A stretch of DNA of 64,000 nt. Source: Mobula hypostoma (taxonomy: Eukaryota). Below the pieces are notes generated by a model that was given only the letters and a program-made list of their open reading frames with translations, had not been told where the DNA came from and ran no database searches. The stretch lies in NCBI RefSeq assembly GCF_963921235.1, contig NC_086109.1, positions 28,584,001-28,648,000 of the forward strand, in the 5' to 3' direction. Below, in pieces: positions 60,726 through 64,000 of this stretch (its first letter is position 1; each line of letters begins with the position of its first letter). A program made the translations under genes and the position numbers.

Positions 60726-61384
60726 GGAATTTGAAAACCCAGGAATTCAAGTTTCCTTAAGGCAGCTGGGAAATTAAAAAAAATATATAAACTATGACCA
60801 CAGTAGTCTAACTCATTGGCTAAGAGTTTTTAAGAGAAGGATATATGCTATGTACACATCCAAACGTTCCACAGCCAACTTACCAGATCAAATCTCTGCC
60901 TCACCGAGAGATGAGTAATGATAAACAATTAAGCAAAGGGAATAAGAGGTGATAGGTGCATTCCCATCCTCAATAAATGTGAAGGTCAGAACACAGCTAA
61001 AGCATCTGTTAACTTCTTCAACCACAAATGCTGTGTTGATGATCTTTCTCTACTTTCCCCTGTGTCGTTCAGAATGGCAAATGAAACCAATTTAATTCAC
61101 AACACCTGATTTCAAGAGAGATGCAGCAAAGTCCTAGTGCAAAACTGAATGGCATGCTCCAAAACATCTTTTTCTTCTATGCAAGCCATTCCAGTGCTAC
61201 CACAATACTAATATCTACCTGCCAAAGTGGAATATTTTCTGATCATGGAAATTAACACACACCCAGACTCTCAAACATCATTAAAGTCCTGGAAGAAGCT
61301 GTTAACAAGGCTATCAAATGACACTTGATCATAATTCATAATCAATCTGCTAACCCATGCCTAGTTTCCTTCAACTGCCCTCTA

Positions 61385-61980
61385 ACAGAACATAGAAAAG
61401 GACAGCACATGAACATGAATATTCACCCCATGATATCCCTGCCAACCATCATGCCAAATTAAATCCGACTTATCTGACTGCACATAATCCACATTCCCTC
61501 AATCCCTACATATTTGTGTGTTTATCTAAATGCCTATTAAACACCACTGCCATATCTGCATCTACCACCATCCCGGCAGCATTTTGCAGGCGGCTATCAC
61601 TCTCTGTGTAAAAAACTACCCAAACCCAGCTCCTATAATTGTTCCTTGTATTACCTTCGAGTTATGCACTACAGCAAGGGTTCCCAAACTGGGGTCCATG
61701 GACACCTTGCTTAATGGTATTCGTCCATGACGTGAAAAAAGGTTGGGAGCCACTGCTCTGTAGTGGTTGACATTTCTATCCTGGGAAAAAACACTCTGAC
61801 AATCTGTCTTAGCTCTGCCTCTCATAATTTTATATGCTTTTATCAGTTTTTCTTCAGCTTCTTGATGCTCCAATGAAAACAATCCACGATTGTCCAACCT
61901 CTCCTTGTAGCTAATACTCCATAAGGCAGCATCCAGGTGACTCCCTTCCAAAACCTCCACATCCTTCCTCTAATGAGGTA
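61385..61980 (-). mobile_element. Old CR1 3' remnant
   Basis: SYKERLDNRGLFSLE..LIKAYKIMRG and a TTCTATGTTTCT tail. Confidence 0.75.
61675..61755. mobile_element. 81-bp hAT/Charlie-like MITE within the CR1
   Basis: Ends CAAGGGTTCCCAA / TTGGGAGCCACTG; degenerate 8-bp flanks CACTACAG / CTCTGTAG. Confidence 0.6.
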
Positions 61981-62561
61981 ATTGGGACTCACTTATTACC
62001 TTAAATTCATAACCCTTAGGGACAGAAGGAAATCGTTTCTTCAAACTGTCAGGGTGTCTCATGGCTTTATAAACCTCTTCCATATGATTCATCCTGGGGT
62101 GAAGCTCATTGATGTAATAGCATATGATGAATCAGACAATAATATTGATGTGACTTGTTCCAAATTGGAAATATCCTGTGTACCATAGTGACCTTGATAG
62201 GAATAGGCTGTGCAACCCATGGTCTGGTCTAGATCTCCAGTGTGGCTGTAGTCAGTGCCTATGCCCCACTGGGCACTCCACTGTGAAGCATTGATACGTG
62301 ATATGTTACTCCTCAGTCAGAATGAGGAAACAAGGAAGTGTTTTATGAAAACATTAATAAAACCAGCTGTCTGGTGGGTCTTTTCAGTTTTCCTAACTTC
62401 TGTGTATTTGATCATCCCCGACTCTCTCAGCGAATGAACACTCCAACACAGATCAAAAGATGTTTTACTGTTGTGTATTACCCCAATTTGCACAAAAAAA
62501 AGCCTAGATGTTAACCTAACAGGAGAGATCAGCAACCAACCAGCATGAAGGAAATGACCTT

Positions 62562-63102
62562 AGTGACATGCCGTAAGGTTTCACTGCTAATGTAATGGCT
62601 TCTCTGTAATGTTCCACTGCTAAGGTAATGGTTTCTCTGTGGTAGAAATGTTTGGGTTATGACTAAAGATAACGGGGCATGTTAGACAATGAGCTGGGAG
62701 CTGGGCATTCGCGGTCCTTCGCCGGGGAGCGATGAGGAGAGAAGACGCTAATGGAGAGAGTTGGTAGACCGCCGGACGGAGTGGATTTGGAGCAAGGGTC
62801 CGAAGGTCAGCGACGATTGAAGGAGGTCGATAGTGAACGAACGGCCTTATCAGTGAGCTCCAAAGTTTGCTCATTAGACTGTTTCATGAGAATGGGGCCT
62901 TTTAATGTTTTCTTTACTAACCCTATAGTCAAAATAAGAATTATAGAGCTGAATCATTTGTGTACTTTTTGGTATTTTGTGGTACTGATTTGTAACAGGG
63001 GACACATCACGCAGCATCCACCCAGACAAGATTTCTTAAGTTTGGCCGGGCCGGGGGGCTATCATCCCCTAGATTAAACTGCTAGCCGAAGCAAGAGTTA
63101 CA
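62562..63102 (+). mobile_element. Solo LTR, 541 bp
   Basis: Termini (A)GTGAC...GTTACA, a 4-bp TSD CCTT (62558-62561 and 63103-63106), and an internal 33-bp duplication at about 62573-62638. Confidence 0.75.
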
Positions 63103-63454
63103 CCTTCGTTAATAGCAGCTGAGTGAAGTCATTAGTTAGTGGATCTCATGGTCAGATAGCTATTGGCTCAATGGAATTTTTCAATTTCACCAGAGAACCA
63201 ATCAGAGTAGGGCACTTATGACACATTATTTACATGCTTACCAGGTGCATCTTGAGGTATTTTGTGGAATGCCCAACCAAATAGAACAGAGTTCAAACTG
63301 TGTTAGAATACTCCCTACATGCACTGTGTTGAACCTTTCATTTCCAAATTGAAAATTAGAAATTATGTTAGTGTTTTTTATTCTATATACAGAAGTGTCC
63401 CAATCAAATTTTAATCATTTGAAAGCTTATTCAACCTAACCAGTTTGATTGTTC

Positions 63455-64000
63455 ATATACTGGAAGCTAAGGCTTTATAAGGCATTGGTCAGATTGGACT
63501 TGGAGTACTGTGAGCAGTTTTCGACCCCTTATCTAAGAAAGGATGTGCTAGCATTGGAGAGAGTCCAGAGGAGGTTCATAGAAATGATCCCGGGAATGAA
63601 AGGGTTTATGTATGAGGAGAATTTGATGGTTCTCATTCTGTAGTCACTGGAGTTTAGGAGTATGATGGGCAATCTCACTGAAACCTATCAAATATTAGAA
63701 AGCTTAGGGAGAGTGGGCATGAAGGGGATGTTTCCTGCAGAGGGGGAGTCTAGAACCAGAGGGCACAATCTCAGGATACCAGGGTGTCCCTTTAGAACAG
63801 AGATGAAGAAGAATTTCTTTAGACTGAGGGTGGTGAATCTGTGGAATTCATTGCCACAGATGGCTGTGTGGTCTAAGTCATTGGATTTATTTCCAGAGGA
63901 GGTTGATAGATTCTTGATTAGTAAGGGCATCAAAGGTTACAGGGAGCGGGCAGGAGAATGGAGTGGAAAGGGATAATAAATCAGCAACGATGGAATGGTG
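63455..64000 (+). mobile_element. CR1 3' portion running to the window end
   Basis: LYKALVRLDLEYC.QF, ERVQRRF, SRTRGHNLRI and RVVNLWNSLP. Confidence 0.88.

Overview
This is repeat-rich eukaryotic DNA, not prokaryotic. The repeat spectrum (abundant CR1 and Rex1/Babar LINEs, HE1/V-SINE-like SINEs, Penelope pLTR repeats) suggests a cartilaginous fish, probably a ray; this is inferred from repeat recognition, not a database search. Well over half of the window is transposable-element sequence, much of it nested. The main elements are: a young 5'-truncated CR1 with an open 648-aa RT frame (10.9-13.0 kb); a decayed Gypsy element splitting an L2 and carrying CR1, Rex1, Tc1, Penelope and LTR insertions (19.0-26.7 kb); a Rex1>Rex1>full-length CR1 nest (32.7-39.2 kb); Penelope elements with degenerate hammerhead-ribozyme motifs; three solo LTRs; hAT and Tc1 MITEs; and a nearly intact HERO-type non-LTR retrotransposon with a restriction-like endonuclease (53.6-60.3 kb, minus) interrupted by a CR1. 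No host gene could be named. The repeat-free islands contain minus-strand candidate microexons (3-31 nt) that can be joined into an open frame, so the window may be intronic within a large minus-strand gene. Boundaries were read by eye and are approximate unless a TSD is quoted.
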